A DNA stretch of 64,000 nt, taken from contig JAVLKG010000006.1 of the NCBI GenBank assembly GCA_032128875.1, positions 32,001 to 96,000 of the forward strand, read 5' to 3'. The stretch is from Candidatus Melainabacteria bacterium 17Bon1m. Lineage in GTDB: Bacteria > Cyanobacteriota > Vampirovibrionia > Obscuribacterales > Obscuribacteraceae. This document shows positions 10,437 through 20,281 of this stretch, in pieces. A program made the translations under genes and the position numbers. A model generated the notes under the pieces. That model worked only from the letters and a program-made list of their open reading frames with translations, searched no databases and had not been told where the DNA came from. The stretch's first letter is position 1. Every line of letters begins with the position of its first letter.

Positions 10437-11515
10437 CGAGTTTCAACTATATGTCTGCTCCAAGTTCAAATCTTCTGAAAAACGCCAAGCGAATTCTCGT
10501 CATCCGTTATCGCTTCATTGGCGACACGATTTTGACGGTTCCCTTTCTTCGAAATCTGAGGCAAGCTGGTCCGAATGCAGTCATCGATGTGCTTGTCGGA
10601 CCTCAGAGCGGAAGTGTTTTGGAGAATTGCCCCTACGTAAACGAGCTCATCGAATTTGATACCACGCGGTTTCACAAATATGACAGTGGCAAAGGCAAAG
10701 CAAAAAACTTTTGGCATTACGCTTTCATGCTTAGAAAGAAAAAGTACGATTGCGTTTTTGTTCTAAAACGATCTTTGTCTTCCGCTTTCCTGTCTTGGTT
10801 TACCGGCGCACCCTTGCGTATCGGTTATGCGACCGAAGGTAGAAGGTTTCTTCTCACCCATCCGGTGAAGTGGCGCAAAGATGTACACGAAGTCGAATCT
10901 CTTTTTGATATTCTTGAAGCTGCCGGTGCTCAAGTTTCGAATCGCGAACTCGAAGCTTGGATTTCTCAGGACGAATCGCAAAGGGTCGAACAACTCGTTC
11001 CTGAGCTGAAAGACAGCGGCATGAAAATCTTGATCCATGCTGCTGCTGCGCACCCGGACAAAATGTATCCTGTCGAGAATTGGTTGAAGATTTTAAAAGC
11101 TCTCAATGAAAAGTTTTCGGCGACGTTTTTCTTCTCAGGAGCAGAACGTGATGTGCAGTTAAATGGGAAGCTTATTGCAACGTCTGGCGTTAGCGGTGTC
11201 AATTGCGCCGGGCGTCTTTCTTTGAGGGAAAGCATGGCTCTCTATTCGAGAATGCAGTTGGCAGTCTGTGTTGATTCTGGGCCGGCACACCTGAGCGCAT
11301 CTGTAGGTACGCCAACGATAGCTATCTTTGGTCCGACTGACCCCAATCGTTGGAGACCATACGGAGCCAAGCATCAAGCGGTTTTCGATAAATCAATTGC
11401 CTGCGCAGCCTGCGCTGGAAAGAAAGAACTGACAAAGCATGATTGTCTCGTCTTGCTAAACCCAGACAAAGTCATCGATGCCGCTGTCTCCGTTTTCAGC
11501 GCAACTTCGTCGTGA
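10433..11515 (+). CDS. GT9 LPS heptosyltransferase (WaaF/RfaF-like)
   Basis: IGDTIL, DSGPAHLSA, IFGPTDP; GTGA overlap with lpxK. Confidence 0.88.
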   Translation: MTSFNYMSAPSSNLLKNAKRILVIRYRFIGDTILTVPFLRNLRQAGPNAVIDVLVGPQSGSVLENCPYVNELIEFDTTRFHKYDSGKGKAKNFWHYAFMLRKKKYDCVFVLKRSLSSAFLSWFTGAPLRIGYATEGRRFLLTHPVKWRKDVHEVESLFDILEAAGAQVSNRELEAWISQDESQRVEQLVPELKDSGMKILIHAAAAHPDKMYPVENWLKILKALNEKFSATFFFSGAERDVQLNGKLIATSGVSGVNCAGRLSLRESMALYSRMQLAVCVDSGPAHLSASVGTPTIAIFGPTDPNRWRPYGAKHQAVFDKSIACAACAGKKELTKHDCLVLLNPDKVIDAAVSVFSATSS

Positions 11516-11537
11516 TGCCTTCGCCTGGGCATTGCAG

Positions 11538-12173
11538 CTATTTAGAAACAGTGTCCTTGTCCATCGCTGCCGGCGGTGCGTCTGTTTTGAAAAGAAACGA
11601 CGATTCTAGAAGGACCGGCAACCCGCGCAAAACACAAAATGCACAAGTGACATAGACTAAAACATCTGCCACCATGGGAAGTGGCGTTTTGGAAAACATT
11701 TCCGTGCGCGCCGCGATCAAAAAACAGAAGGCTAGAGCCTTGCAAACTGCATAGGTAAAACGGCTGAAATTGGAGGCGACGAGAAACTTGCCGAGACCGC
11801 TCTGCATCATTGTTTTGGCGCCAAAAGCTGTAAAGCCTTGTTCGCTCGCGTGTGAACGAATGGCGTCGACGAAGGTTCCTCTTACAGTGAAAAGCAGCGG
11901 CACCCATAGAGGAACCCATTGAAAGGCTGCGTATGCGATCCAGTAAGACATTTCTACGACGCGGTCGCCGGCGATATCGAGGATGCCGCCAAATTTGGAT
12001 GATTGGTTGAGTTTGCGCGCCAAATATCCGTCGAGCGCATCCGCATAGATGACGAATGCCGTCAGCCAAAACGCTGCCCAGCGAATTGCTTCACCGGGCA
12101 GAGTAAGCATGTAGATGGCAATCAACGCCAAGCCGACCCGGGAAACGGTGACTATGTTGGCGACATTGACCAT
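11538..12173 (-). CDS. pgsA: CDP-alcohol phosphatidyltransferase (PgsA-like)
   Basis: ANIVTVSR; DALDGYLAR...GGILDIAGD signature. Confidence 0.8.
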   Translation of the reverse strand: MVNVANIVTVSRVGLALIAIYMLTLPGEAIRWAAFWLTAFVIYADALDGYLARKLNQSSKFGGILDIAGDRVVEMSYWIAYAAFQWVPLWVPLLFTVRGTFVDAIRSHASEQGFTAFGAKTMMQSGLGKFLVASNFSRFTYAVCKALAFCFLIAARTEMFSKTPLPMVADVLVYVTCAFCVLRGLPVLLESSFLFKTDAPPAAMDKDTVSK

Positions 12174-12181
12174 TAGTCTTC

Positions 12182-14287
12182 TTATACGTCGAGGCTGGCG
12201 AGATACGAGTTGCTTTCGATGAACTCGCGTCTTGGTCCCACTGATTCGCCCATGAGAAGGTCGAATATGTGTTCGGCCTCCGTCGCGTCTTCAACTGTGA
12301 CTTGTTTTAATGTGCGAGTTTCGGGATTCATTGTTGTATCCCAGAGTTGCTCAGGCATCATTTCGCCAAGACCTTTGAATCGCTGCACGACTGCTTTGTC
12401 GCCCATCTCAGCAAGAATCGCTTCCAGCTTGTGTTCGTTGTAGCAGTACTCCGTGCGCTTACCTTTTTCCACCTTATACAGTGGAGGCATTGCGATATAG
12501 ACATAACCTCTTTCCACCAGCGGTCTTGCGTAGCGGAAGAAGAAGGTGAGAAGAAGTGTGCGGATGTGGCTGCCGTCGACGTCTGCGTCAGTCATGATAA
12601 CGACTTTGTGATAGCGAATTTTCGCCAGGTCGAGATTGACTGCATTCGGTCTCAGCAAGCCGGTGCTCTTGCCGCCCGTTTCTTCATCATCTTCTTTGAC
12701 CACGAGCCCAAGCGCCTGAATCATCGCTTGCACTTCAGCGTTTTCGTATATGCGAGTTGGTTGAACTCTCTCAACGTTCAAGATCTTTCCGCGCAATGGC
12801 AAGATTGCTTGATAGTCGCGGTTGCGGCCCATCTTAGCGGAGCCGCCTGCGGAGTCACCTTCTACAAGGTAGATTTCGCAACGACCCGGATCTCTGTCTG
12901 AGCAGTCGGCGAGTTTGCCGGGCAAAGAAGAATTTTCCAGCGCTGATTGACGGCGCACAAGCTGTCTGGCTTTCTGTGCTTGCTCACGAGCTTGTCTTGC
13001 AAGCACCGCTTTTTGAATGATGTTTTTTGACTCTTTCGGATTCAATTCAAGCCAGTCTTTCAACTTTTCGGTCGTGACTGCTTGCACAATCCCTTGAACT
13101 TCGCGGTTGCCGAGGCGTTCTTTCGTCTGCCCTTCGAATTGCGGTTCTGAAACCTTGACGCTGACGATCGCAGTCAGCCCTTCACGTGCGTCTTCACCAG
13201 TGAAGTTGGCTTCTGATTCTTTGATCAGGTTTTGCTGACGTGCATAATCGTTGATTACGCGGGTCAGGGCGTTACGGAAGCCGGTAAGGTGAGTACCGCC
13301 ATCGCTTGTGCTGATGTTGTTGACGAAGGTGAAAATCGACTCGGAATACATGTCCGTCCATTGCAAAGCGCACTCTACAACGACATCGTCTTTTTCGAGT
13401 TCGAAATACAGCGGAGGCTTGTGCAAGGGGGTACGAGTATCGTTGATGTATTCAACGAAGCTGGCGATACCGCCTTCGTAGTGGAAGGTCAAAGACTTTG
13501 GTTTGCCGTCTTCCATCTCACGCATATCGGTAAGAACCATGCACAGTCCCTTATTAAGGAACGCCATTTCTCGCAAGCGATTGATGAGGACGTCGAATTG
13601 AATGACGATGTGTTCTCTTTCGTTGTCTTCGTTGATGTCGTGGAAGATCAAGTTGTCCGGCCAGAAAGTGACTTTCGTGCCGCGATAGTCTGTGTCGCCG
13701 ACAATGGTCAGACCGCCTTCAGCATCGCCGCGTTTGTAGACTTGCTTGTGAATCTTTCCGTTGCGGTGAACTTCGACTTCCAGCTTTTCTGAAAGCGCGT
13801 TTACAACTGAGGCGCCGACGCCGTGCAAGCCGCCCGATACTTTATATCCGCCGCCGCCGAATTTGCCGCCGGCGTGCAACACTGTGAAGACTGTTTCTAC
13901 GGCGCTTTTGCCGGTTTTTTCGACGATGTCGGTAGGAATACCCCGACCGTTGTCGAGTACTGTTACGGAATTGTCTTCATTGACCGTAACTTCGATGCGA
14001 TTGCAAAAGCCAGCCAGGGCTTCGTCGACTGCGTTGTCTACGATTTCCCAGACGAGGTGGTGGAGGCCTTTTGGACCTGTCGAGCCGATATACATACCGG
14101 GTCTTCTGCGGACGGCTTCCAAGCCCTCTAGGACGTCAATGGTAGCCGCGGAATAGTCTGAATCCTTAGCCTCAACCTTTTCCTTCGGTTGCTTCTCAGG
14201 CGTTGGTTTTTCGACCTGCTCTGCCTTTTCCGGCTCCTGATCTTTTTGTTCTTCAGTCACCGCGCTAGAACCCTCTTTTTTCGCCAT
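12182..14287 (-). CDS. gyrB: DNA gyrase subunit B (short type, no large insert, no intein)
   Basis: EAVRRRPGMYIG, EIVDNAVDE, GGLHGVG, VEGDSAGG, PLRGKILN, MTDADVDGSHI, QRFKGLGEM. Confidence 0.93.
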   Translation of the reverse strand: MAKKEGSSAVTEEQKDQEPEKAEQVEKPTPEKQPKEKVEAKDSDYSAATIDVLEGLEAVRRRPGMYIGSTGPKGLHHLVWEIVDNAVDEALAGFCNRIEVTVNEDNSVTVLDNGRGIPTDIVEKTGKSAVETVFTVLHAGGKFGGGGYKVSGGLHGVGASVVNALSEKLEVEVHRNGKIHKQVYKRGDAEGGLTIVGDTDYRGTKVTFWPDNLIFHDINEDNEREHIVIQFDVLINRLREMAFLNKGLCMVLTDMREMEDGKPKSLTFHYEGGIASFVEYINDTRTPLHKPPLYFELEKDDVVVECALQWTDMYSESIFTFVNNISTSDGGTHLTGFRNALTRVINDYARQQNLIKESEANFTGEDAREGLTAIVSVKVSEPQFEGQTKERLGNREVQGIVQAVTTEKLKDWLELNPKESKNIIQKAVLARQAREQAQKARQLVRRQSALENSSLPGKLADCSDRDPGRCEIYLVEGDSAGGSAKMGRNRDYQAILPLRGKILNVERVQPTRIYENAEVQAMIQALGLVVKEDDEETGGKSTGLLRPNAVNLDLAKIRYHKVVIMTDADVDGSHIRTLLLTFFFRYARPLVERGYVYIAMPPLYKVEKGKRTEYCYNEHKLEAILAEMGDKAVVQRFKGLGEMMPEQLWDTTMNPETRTLKQVTVEDATEAEHIFDLLMGESVGPRREFIESNSYLASLDV

Positions 14288-14589
14288 TTAATTCCACCAA
14301 ATCGGATTGCCAATTCAGCGACCGTTGACCGAGGACGTAACCAGCATTCAATTTCGAATGCCGCACAGAGAGAGGCTTTGATCTCTTTTCCCTCAATGAT
14401 CGCCAGCTCAAATTTTAGCATGTTTGCGTGCATAAATGAAACGGTGAAAACCGCATAACCATTAGACATTCCGCCTATTTGGTTTCCGCCAACCATTGGG
14501 ATAGAATACTTTGCGTCCGGCAATATACAGAATTGCCGTCTTAGTACTACGCTAAGAAATCCGCCGACCCTTAGGACAGGATATCTCTC

Positions 14590-15579
14590 TTGAAAGTTTT
14601 CACAGAAGCCAAACCTGGTCTGGTCCAAAGCTCAGCCATTGCGCTTGGTTTCTTTGATGGCGTTCATCCTGGTCACCAGGTTGTCATCGGCAAGGCTGTC
14701 GAAGAGGCGCGCGCTCTGGGTGTCATGTCTGGAGTCGTTACTTTCCGTGACCATCCGCGTGCCTTGACCAGAGGAGTGCACCCTCTATTGCTGACAGATA
14801 TCGATCAGCGCCTGAAGCTTTTTGAAGAACTCGGTGTCGAGGCGACTCTCGTCCTTACATTTTCGGAAGCTCTATGCCGCCTGTCGCCGCGCGAGTACGT
14901 CGAAAACGTCCTTGTTGGCGCAATGGGAGCCCGTTCTATATCTGTCGGACATAACCACCATTTTGGCAGAGACCGAGAAGGCAATCCGGACCTGTTGCGC
15001 ACATTCGGCGAGACGCTGGGCTTTTCCGTTCATGTGGCGCCTATGGTTTTTGTTAACAACGTCGAAGTTTCCAGTTCTGCAATTCGCGAAAGCATCATCG
15101 ATGGCGACATGACGAAAGCGAAGAATTTGCTCTCGCGTACCTACCGGATTGGCGGAGAAGTGATCAAAGGTGATGGGCGCGGCAGGCAGATTGGTTTTCC
15201 GACTGCCAATGTGCAGTTGCGCGAATTTCAACTTATCCCTAGAACCGGCGTATATGCGGGCATAGTCCAACTGAGCTCCGGCGAGCGGTTCGATTCTGTC
15301 ATAAATGTCGGGTATCGCCCCACCTTCAAGGCAACCGGCGGCGATGATGATCCGCTTGTTGAAGCGCACTTGTTTGATTTCGACCGGGATATCTATGGCG
15401 ATAAGTGCACTGTTGAGTTCGTTGAGTATTTGCGCACCGAGAAGAAATTCGACGGCATTGATGCTTTGAAAGAACAGATCAACGCCGATGCGGCAAAAAG
15501 CAGACAGGTGCTCGAAAATGCTAAAAATGCTGCAGGCGGGGAGACCAATCCCGGCGACAAAAGCAAGCTGCCTGCATAG
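14590..15579 (+). CDS. ribF: Bifunctional riboflavin kinase / FAD synthetase
   Basis: GFFDGVHPGH, SSSAIR, GRQIGFPTAN, NVGYRPT, VEAHL. Confidence 0.97.
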   Translation: MKVFTEAKPGLVQSSAIALGFFDGVHPGHQVVIGKAVEEARALGVMSGVVTFRDHPRALTRGVHPLLLTDIDQRLKLFEELGVEATLVLTFSEALCRLSPREYVENVLVGAMGARSISVGHNHHFGRDREGNPDLLRTFGETLGFSVHVAPMVFVNNVEVSSSAIRESIIDGDMTKAKNLLSRTYRIGGEVIKGDGRGRQIGFPTANVQLREFQLIPRTGVYAGIVQLSSGERFDSVINVGYRPTFKATGGDDDPLVEAHLFDFDRDIYGDKCTVEFVEYLRTEKKFDGIDALKEQINADAAKSRQVLENAKNAAGGETNPGDKSKLPA

Positions 15580-15605
15580 TCTCATTTATCGATAGTCTAT
15601 CGAAA

Positions 15606-16874
15606 GTGCGTATAACAAAAATCTGTCTGGAAAATTTCCGCAATTACGAACATGCTCTTCTGGAGCCGCATTCGTTTGGCAACATCATTCTGGGTGAAAA
15701 CGCTCAAGGCAAAAGTAATTTGCTGGAAGCGATCGAGTACGCAGCCACAGGAAAAGCCTATCGAGCTGCCAAAGACTTCGAGCTGGTGAGGCATGGCGCC
15801 GATATGATGAAGCTCGATATCAGCTTTGAAGCTGACGGTATGATCGAGTCGATCTCAATATTTCTCAAATCGAAGACGGGCGTATTGTTGTCAAACTCTG
15901 TTACAGCCTCGCTTCAGCGCGAGATAAAAGTAAACGGAGTAAAACAATCATCAACCGCCGCACTAAAACGAAGGTTGATCGTCGTCAGTTTCAAAAGCCA
16001 GGATTTGAACATTGTGCGCGGCGGACCAGCGTTTAGACGTGATTGGATCGATATTCTTTTGTGCAATCTTCGCGCGTCGACTGCCGGACGTTTGCAACAG
16101 TATCAAAAAATAGTCGCCCAGCGAAACCGACTTTTGAAGATAATTTCCGAGAGCGGACGCTTTAGTACTAGCGACAAAGAGCAGCTCAAAACTTGGGACA
16201 TTCAGGTCGCAAAAGCAGGCTCTGAAATCGTAAAAGAACGGCTAAACCTCATGGCACAGCTTATTCCCATTGCCGAGAAGCATCATGAAAGAATTTCCGG
16301 AAAAAGAGAAAAGCTCACTTCCGAGTATGTTTTCAAAAGTAAGAGCGCTCGCGATGGCTCTCAAAACCATGAGCACGACGAGGATGACGACGATGCTTTG
16401 CGCGAGAAAATGAAGTCTTTCAACATCGACGATTTGCGCAATGCAGAGACAAAGGAGATCGCCAAGATCATTTATTTGATGCTCAAGGATATTCGAGCAG
16501 AAGAAATCGCACGCAGGCAAACTCTTATCGGACCGCATCGCGACGACATTTCCTTTCATCTGGACGGAAAATCCGCGATGAATTTTGGCAGTCAGGGGCA
16601 GCAGCGTTCTCTGGTTTTATCTCTGAAACTTGCAGAGCTCGAATCGGTAAGAGCTGCATTAAACGAGCAACCTGTCCTGCTTCTTGATGATGTTCTTGCA
16701 GAGCTTGATCTGTTACGCCAGGAAGTATTGATGGAAATGGTCGGCAGCGGCATGCAGACTTTCGTCACCACCACGCACCTTTCGAGTTTCAAGCCTGAAT
16801 GGCTGGCGGATTCGCAGTTTTTCAATGTGGAGAATGGCTGTTTATCAGCCGTCAGGGAGCCCATCCCCCGCTAG
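15606..16874 (+). CDS. recF: DNA replication/repair protein RecF
   Basis: NFRNY, GENAQGKSNLLEAI, GPHRDD, GSQGQQR, LLLDDVLAELD. Confidence 0.96.
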   Translation: MRITKICLENFRNYEHALLEPHSFGNIILGENAQGKSNLLEAIEYAATGKAYRAAKDFELVRHGADMMKLDISFEADGMIESISIFLKSKTGVLLSNSVTASLQREIKVNGVKQSSTAALKRRLIVVSFKSQDLNIVRGGPAFRRDWIDILLCNLRASTAGRLQQYQKIVAQRNRLLKIISESGRFSTSDKEQLKTWDIQVAKAGSEIVKERLNLMAQLIPIAEKHHERISGKREKLTSEYVFKSKSARDGSQNHEHDEDDDDALREKMKSFNIDDLRNAETKEIAKIIYLMLKDIRAEEIARRQTLIGPHRDDISFHLDGKSAMNFGSQGQQRSLVLSLKLAELESVRAALNEQPVLLLDDVLAELDLLRQEVLMEMVGSGMQTFVTTTHLSSFKPEWLADSQFFNVENGCLSAVREPIPR

Positions 16875-17101
16875 GGCGATTTTTTCCCAAAGCGGGCAAA
16901 TTATGATGAAAACTCGTAAAGAAGCCGTTATGGTATAAGAACAGTGGGTACATTAATATTGCTTAACCATGACGCCTCCCCGCCCATGGACCTGGCAAAA
17001 GCCAGGAAAAGCAACATGGGCTGCATCCGGCGATCTTTGCTTTCAGTCCGGAATCATTCGAAAACCGACCTGGAAAGATCTAAAAAGGAAACTATATAAG
17101 C

Positions 17102-18679
17102 GTGTTTGCGGGAAATACAGAACGTGGGCTGGACCAGCGCATTTGCGTTGAGTGCAACCGGCAATTTACCGGGTTGTACACCGCATGCCCGCACGATGGC
17201 GCTCTACTGAGACCGATAATTCAAGACCCGCTCATAGGAACGGTGCTTGCAGGAAACTATGAAATCCTGGAAGTGCTCGGTCAGGGCGGCATGGGTGTGG
17301 TTTATCGCGGCAAGCACTCCTTGATGGAAAGAATTGTCGCCATCAAAATGCTGCTCTCTCAATTGATTTCGGATACCAACAGCGTAAAGCGCTTCCAACA
17401 AGAGTCGAAAGCAGCGGCGCGTCTAAAGCACCCGCATATTATCGACGTCTACGATTTCGGCATATCGCCCGCCGGTCAGCCCTACATCGTTATGGAATTT
17501 CTGGAGGGTACGCCTTTATCGGACCTGATTAAGAAAGAAGGTCAGATAGGGGTTGAGCGCTCTATAAAACTGATTGCTCAAGCTTGTGACGCTCTCGATC
17601 ACGCTCACAAACAGGGCGTCGTCCACCGCGATTTGAAGCCGAGCAATATCGTCCTTACTCAATATGACGAAGAGAAAGATTACGTCAAGGTTGTGGACTT
17701 CGGCGTAGCCAAACTTATTGAAGTCGGCAACAACAACGAAGGTCAGAGACTGACTCAAGCTGGTGAAGTCTGCGGCAGTCCCGTCTATATGAGCCCCGAG
17801 CAGTGCATGGGACAAGACCTCGATGCGCGCTCCGACATTTATTCGATGGGCATTGTCTTGTATGAAACATTGACTGGAAAGTTGCCGATTCTCGGCAAAA
17901 CGATGGTCGATACAATGTCTAAGCATATTTCCGAACCCCCGGTTCCGTTCAATGAGGCAAGACCGGACCTTTATATTCCGGAGCGTCTGGAGTGGGTGGT
18001 TCTGAAAGCCATGGCTAAAGATCCGGCGCAGCGCCATCAGACCATGGAGGAGTTCAAGCTCGACCTCGATCTTGCAATTCCGCGCCCGGGCAGAAGCACA
18101 GTATTGCGAACGCAAGAGCAAAAGTCTCCCATAGAGAGCATGCTCGGCTTCGTCAAAGAAGTCCCGGTTTGGACGTGGGCTGCGGCAGTAGCATTGATGG
18201 TAGCCGCTGGCGGAATTATTGTTCATGCAGTATCCGACAAGCCTGCTGCGGCACCGAGTCATGCGCATACTCCGCCTGCTCAAACCGCACCGGCCACTGC
18301 TCCGACTGCAACTACTCCTGCCACTACTAATAATCAGACAACTCCCGCGCCTGTTGCAAAAACAGCGCCCGCGACAGATAGTGCTGCGGCCGTGAAAACA
18401 CCGAAACAACCGCCTTCTGTAAAGCCGATCAAGACGGCGACTTCTCGTGAGACTGCAGGTGAAGTCGAGCAACCAACTCATCGTCGCGCCTACAGCACAA
18501 CGACTTCTGCAAATGACGAACCGGAAAGACCCGTGCGTCGGGCTGCACCTCCTCCACGCAAGGCGCCTACGCGTCGTGCTTATAGCTCGAGCGGCGCCAG
18601 CTCACATCCTGCTGCCAGCAGCGGCGGTGGCGATCCTTTTGCGCAACTTATGCGTTCGCGCGGCAGACCCGTCGAATAA
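17102..18679 (+). CDS. Hanks-type Ser/Thr kinase: N-terminal Zn ribbon, TM helix, Pro/Thr/Ala-rich tail
   Basis: CVEC...CPHDG; GQGGMG, VAIK, HRDLKPSN, DFG, GSPVYMSPEQ; hydrophobic WTWAAAVALMVAAGGIIV. Confidence 0.95.
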   Translation: MFAGNTERGLDQRICVECNRQFTGLYTACPHDGALLRPIIQDPLIGTVLAGNYEILEVLGQGGMGVVYRGKHSLMERIVAIKMLLSQLISDTNSVKRFQQESKAAARLKHPHIIDVYDFGISPAGQPYIVMEFLEGTPLSDLIKKEGQIGVERSIKLIAQACDALDHAHKQGVVHRDLKPSNIVLTQYDEEKDYVKVVDFGVAKLIEVGNNNEGQRLTQAGEVCGSPVYMSPEQCMGQDLDARSDIYSMGIVLYETLTGKLPILGKTMVDTMSKHISEPPVPFNEARPDLYIPERLEWVVLKAMAKDPAQRHQTMEEFKLDLDLAIPRPGRSTVLRTQEQKSPIESMLGFVKEVPVWTWAAAVALMVAAGGIIVHAVSDKPAAAPSHAHTPPAQTAPATAPTATTPATTNNQTTPAPVAKTAPATDSAAAVKTPKQPPSVKPIKTATSRETAGEVEQPTHRRAYSTTTSANDEPERPVRRAAPPPRKAPTRRAYSSSGASSHPAASSGGGDPFAQLMRSRGRPVE

Positions 18680-18692
18680 AGGGTAATCGTGG

Positions 18693-18717
18693 GGGCGCAT
18701 TGCATGCGCCCTTTTTT
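18693..18717 (+). terminator. Terminator / REP-like hairpin between convergent genes
   Basis: GGGCGCAT-tgc-ATGCGCCC followed by TTTTTT. Confidence 0.75.
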
Positions 18718-18729
18718 ATGGCAAATCAA

Positions 18730-19518
18730 CTAGTTGAACTTCGCTATCGCTTGAGTCAGCTTTTTGACTCGCGCCGGGTCAACATCGTTTTGCCAATTGC
18801 CATCAAACTTGGCATAAGATCCAACGATCAAGCCATCTACCAGAGGCGCATAGGTTGGAATGTTTTCCGGCGTAATTCCCGAGCCGATTAAAACCGGCAA
18901 TTTTGCACCCTTCTTTAACGACTCGACATCCGAAAGCGTAGGTTCTTTGCCCGTGGCAGAGCCGGTTACAATGACGCCATCCGCCTTGAAAAATTCCGCT
19001 GCCTCCGCTGTTTCTAAAAGCGTGACATCACCTGTGATGGCATGTGCGGAATGTTTCTTCTTAATATCCGCGAAGATTTTTACCTTGCCAGCCTTCAGGT
19101 GAGCCCGCCTACGGATAAGTTTTGCAGCGCATGAATCGTGTAAGCCTTCATCGCCGACATGCGCGAAAACAAACCCTTCCACACGGATGAAATCCAGATT
19201 GCAAGCTGCTGCCACTCCCAGTGCTTCTAGATTGGCTCCGGCAAGGAGTTGTACACCGATCGGCAGTTTGGTTTGTATTTTGATCGCGTTAGCTACCACA
19301 GTCATGGCGGCAATTGTTTCTGGATCTACATAACCGGTCAAATACGGCGCATCGTGCATGTTCTCGACGATGATGCCGTCAACTCCGCCTTCTTGATACA
19401 CCTTCGCGTCAGCAAGTGCCGCAGACAAAATCTGCTCCATGTTGCCCGTGTACCCTGCTGAACCCGGCAGCGGATGCACATGCACGCAACCTATAAGTGA
19501 GCATTTTTTGCCGAACAT
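18730..19518 (-). CDS. BtpA/SgcQ family TIM-barrel protein
   Basis: HVHPLPGS, ENMHDAPY, ADIKKKHS, VTGSATG, GSGITPEN. Confidence 0.92.
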   Translation of the reverse strand: MFGKKCSLIGCVHVHPLPGSAGYTGNMEQILSAALADAKVYQEGGVDGIIVENMHDAPYLTGYVDPETIAAMTVVANAIKIQTKLPIGVQLLAGANLEALGVAAACNLDFIRVEGFVFAHVGDEGLHDSCAAKLIRRRAHLKAGKVKIFADIKKKHSAHAITGDVTLLETAEAAEFFKADGVIVTGSATGKEPTLSDVESLKKGAKLPVLIGSGITPENIPTYAPLVDGLIVGSYAKFDGNWQNDVDPARVKKLTQAIAKFN

Positions 19519-19543
19519 TTTGGTTCCTTTTTATTTATTCTAT

Positions 19544-20209
19544 TTAGATCAAATCTTTAATTAGCACTGCGCGAACAGGCGACGCTTCCAATTCTGTCAG
19601 TTTTAGCGGCGCTGCCGAAAGAAAGTAGATTCCTTCTTCGGCGTTGGTCAAATCAAGATTTTCCAGCCAGCTAAAACCAGCTTTTATCATTGCATGGTGG
19701 ACCTGCAGATCTTTTGAATCAATATGGTCTACAGAAGGAGTGTCGAGCCCTGCCATAATGATTCCGCGAGACTTCATCGCTTCCACCAGCTCGACTGTAA
19801 AGTGCGAGTAGATAGAGCCTTCCCAAACATCGAAGCGCAAATTTTTTTGTGTTTTGAACACCACTCGTGGTGGCAGTTCTTTAAACCGGCTTGCGGCCTT
19901 CTCCAGGTGTTCGCGAGTAATGCCTCCCGCCAAGGGAGAAACATCGAGCACCGCGCAAGGGCCTATATAAGGAAGCAGCGGCATTCCCGAGGCCATGCCG
20001 TCGGCATCATCCATTCGTCCCTGGATGTGGCTGGGGGCGTCGGCGTGTGTGCCGACGTGAGGGCTCATCGTAAAGGACGTCAAGTTGACTGTGGCGCCTT
20101 CTTCCATGCGCAGCGTCACCTGGCGACTGAAAGGAGTGTCTCCAGGAAAGCACGCTGTCCGGGGGGACACGGGCTGGGAGATGTCAATTATCGTGTAAGT
20201 TGAAGTCAT
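19544..20209 (-). CDS. kynB: Kynurenine formamidase (cyclase family)
   Basis: FPGDTPF, SPHVGTHADAP, DTPSVD, LENLDL, ASPVRAVL. Confidence 0.85.
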   Translation of the reverse strand: MTSTYTIIDISQPVSPRTACFPGDTPFSRQVTLRMEEGATVNLTSFTMSPHVGTHADAPSHIQGRMDDADGMASGMPLLPYIGPCAVLDVSPLAGGITREHLEKAASRFKELPPRVVFKTQKNLRFDVWEGSIYSHFTVELVEAMKSRGIIMAGLDTPSVDHIDSKDLQVHHAMIKAGFSWLENLDLTNAEEGIYFLSAAPLKLTELEASPVRAVLIKDLI

Positions 20210-20281
20210 AGGCGGTGGATATTATACAAAGCTCTCGCTCTGGTACTATTTAGAGCCTTATATCTATACGGAGTGATGTCC

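Noticed and set aside
12182-14287. Intein in GyrB
   Set aside because: Length is normal and there are no intein splice motifs
14872-15585. 237-aa antisense ORF
   Set aside because: Shadow of ribF
16969-17151. 60-aa ORF upstream of kinase 1
   Set aside because: No SD, overlaps the kinase start in another frame, and has no recognisable features
17516-18481. 321-aa antisense ORF
   Set aside because: Shadow of the kinase gene; no motifs
18730-19518. BtpA as evidence of photosynthesis
   Set aside because: The BtpA/SgcQ family is widespread in non-phototrophs; no photosystem genes are in the window
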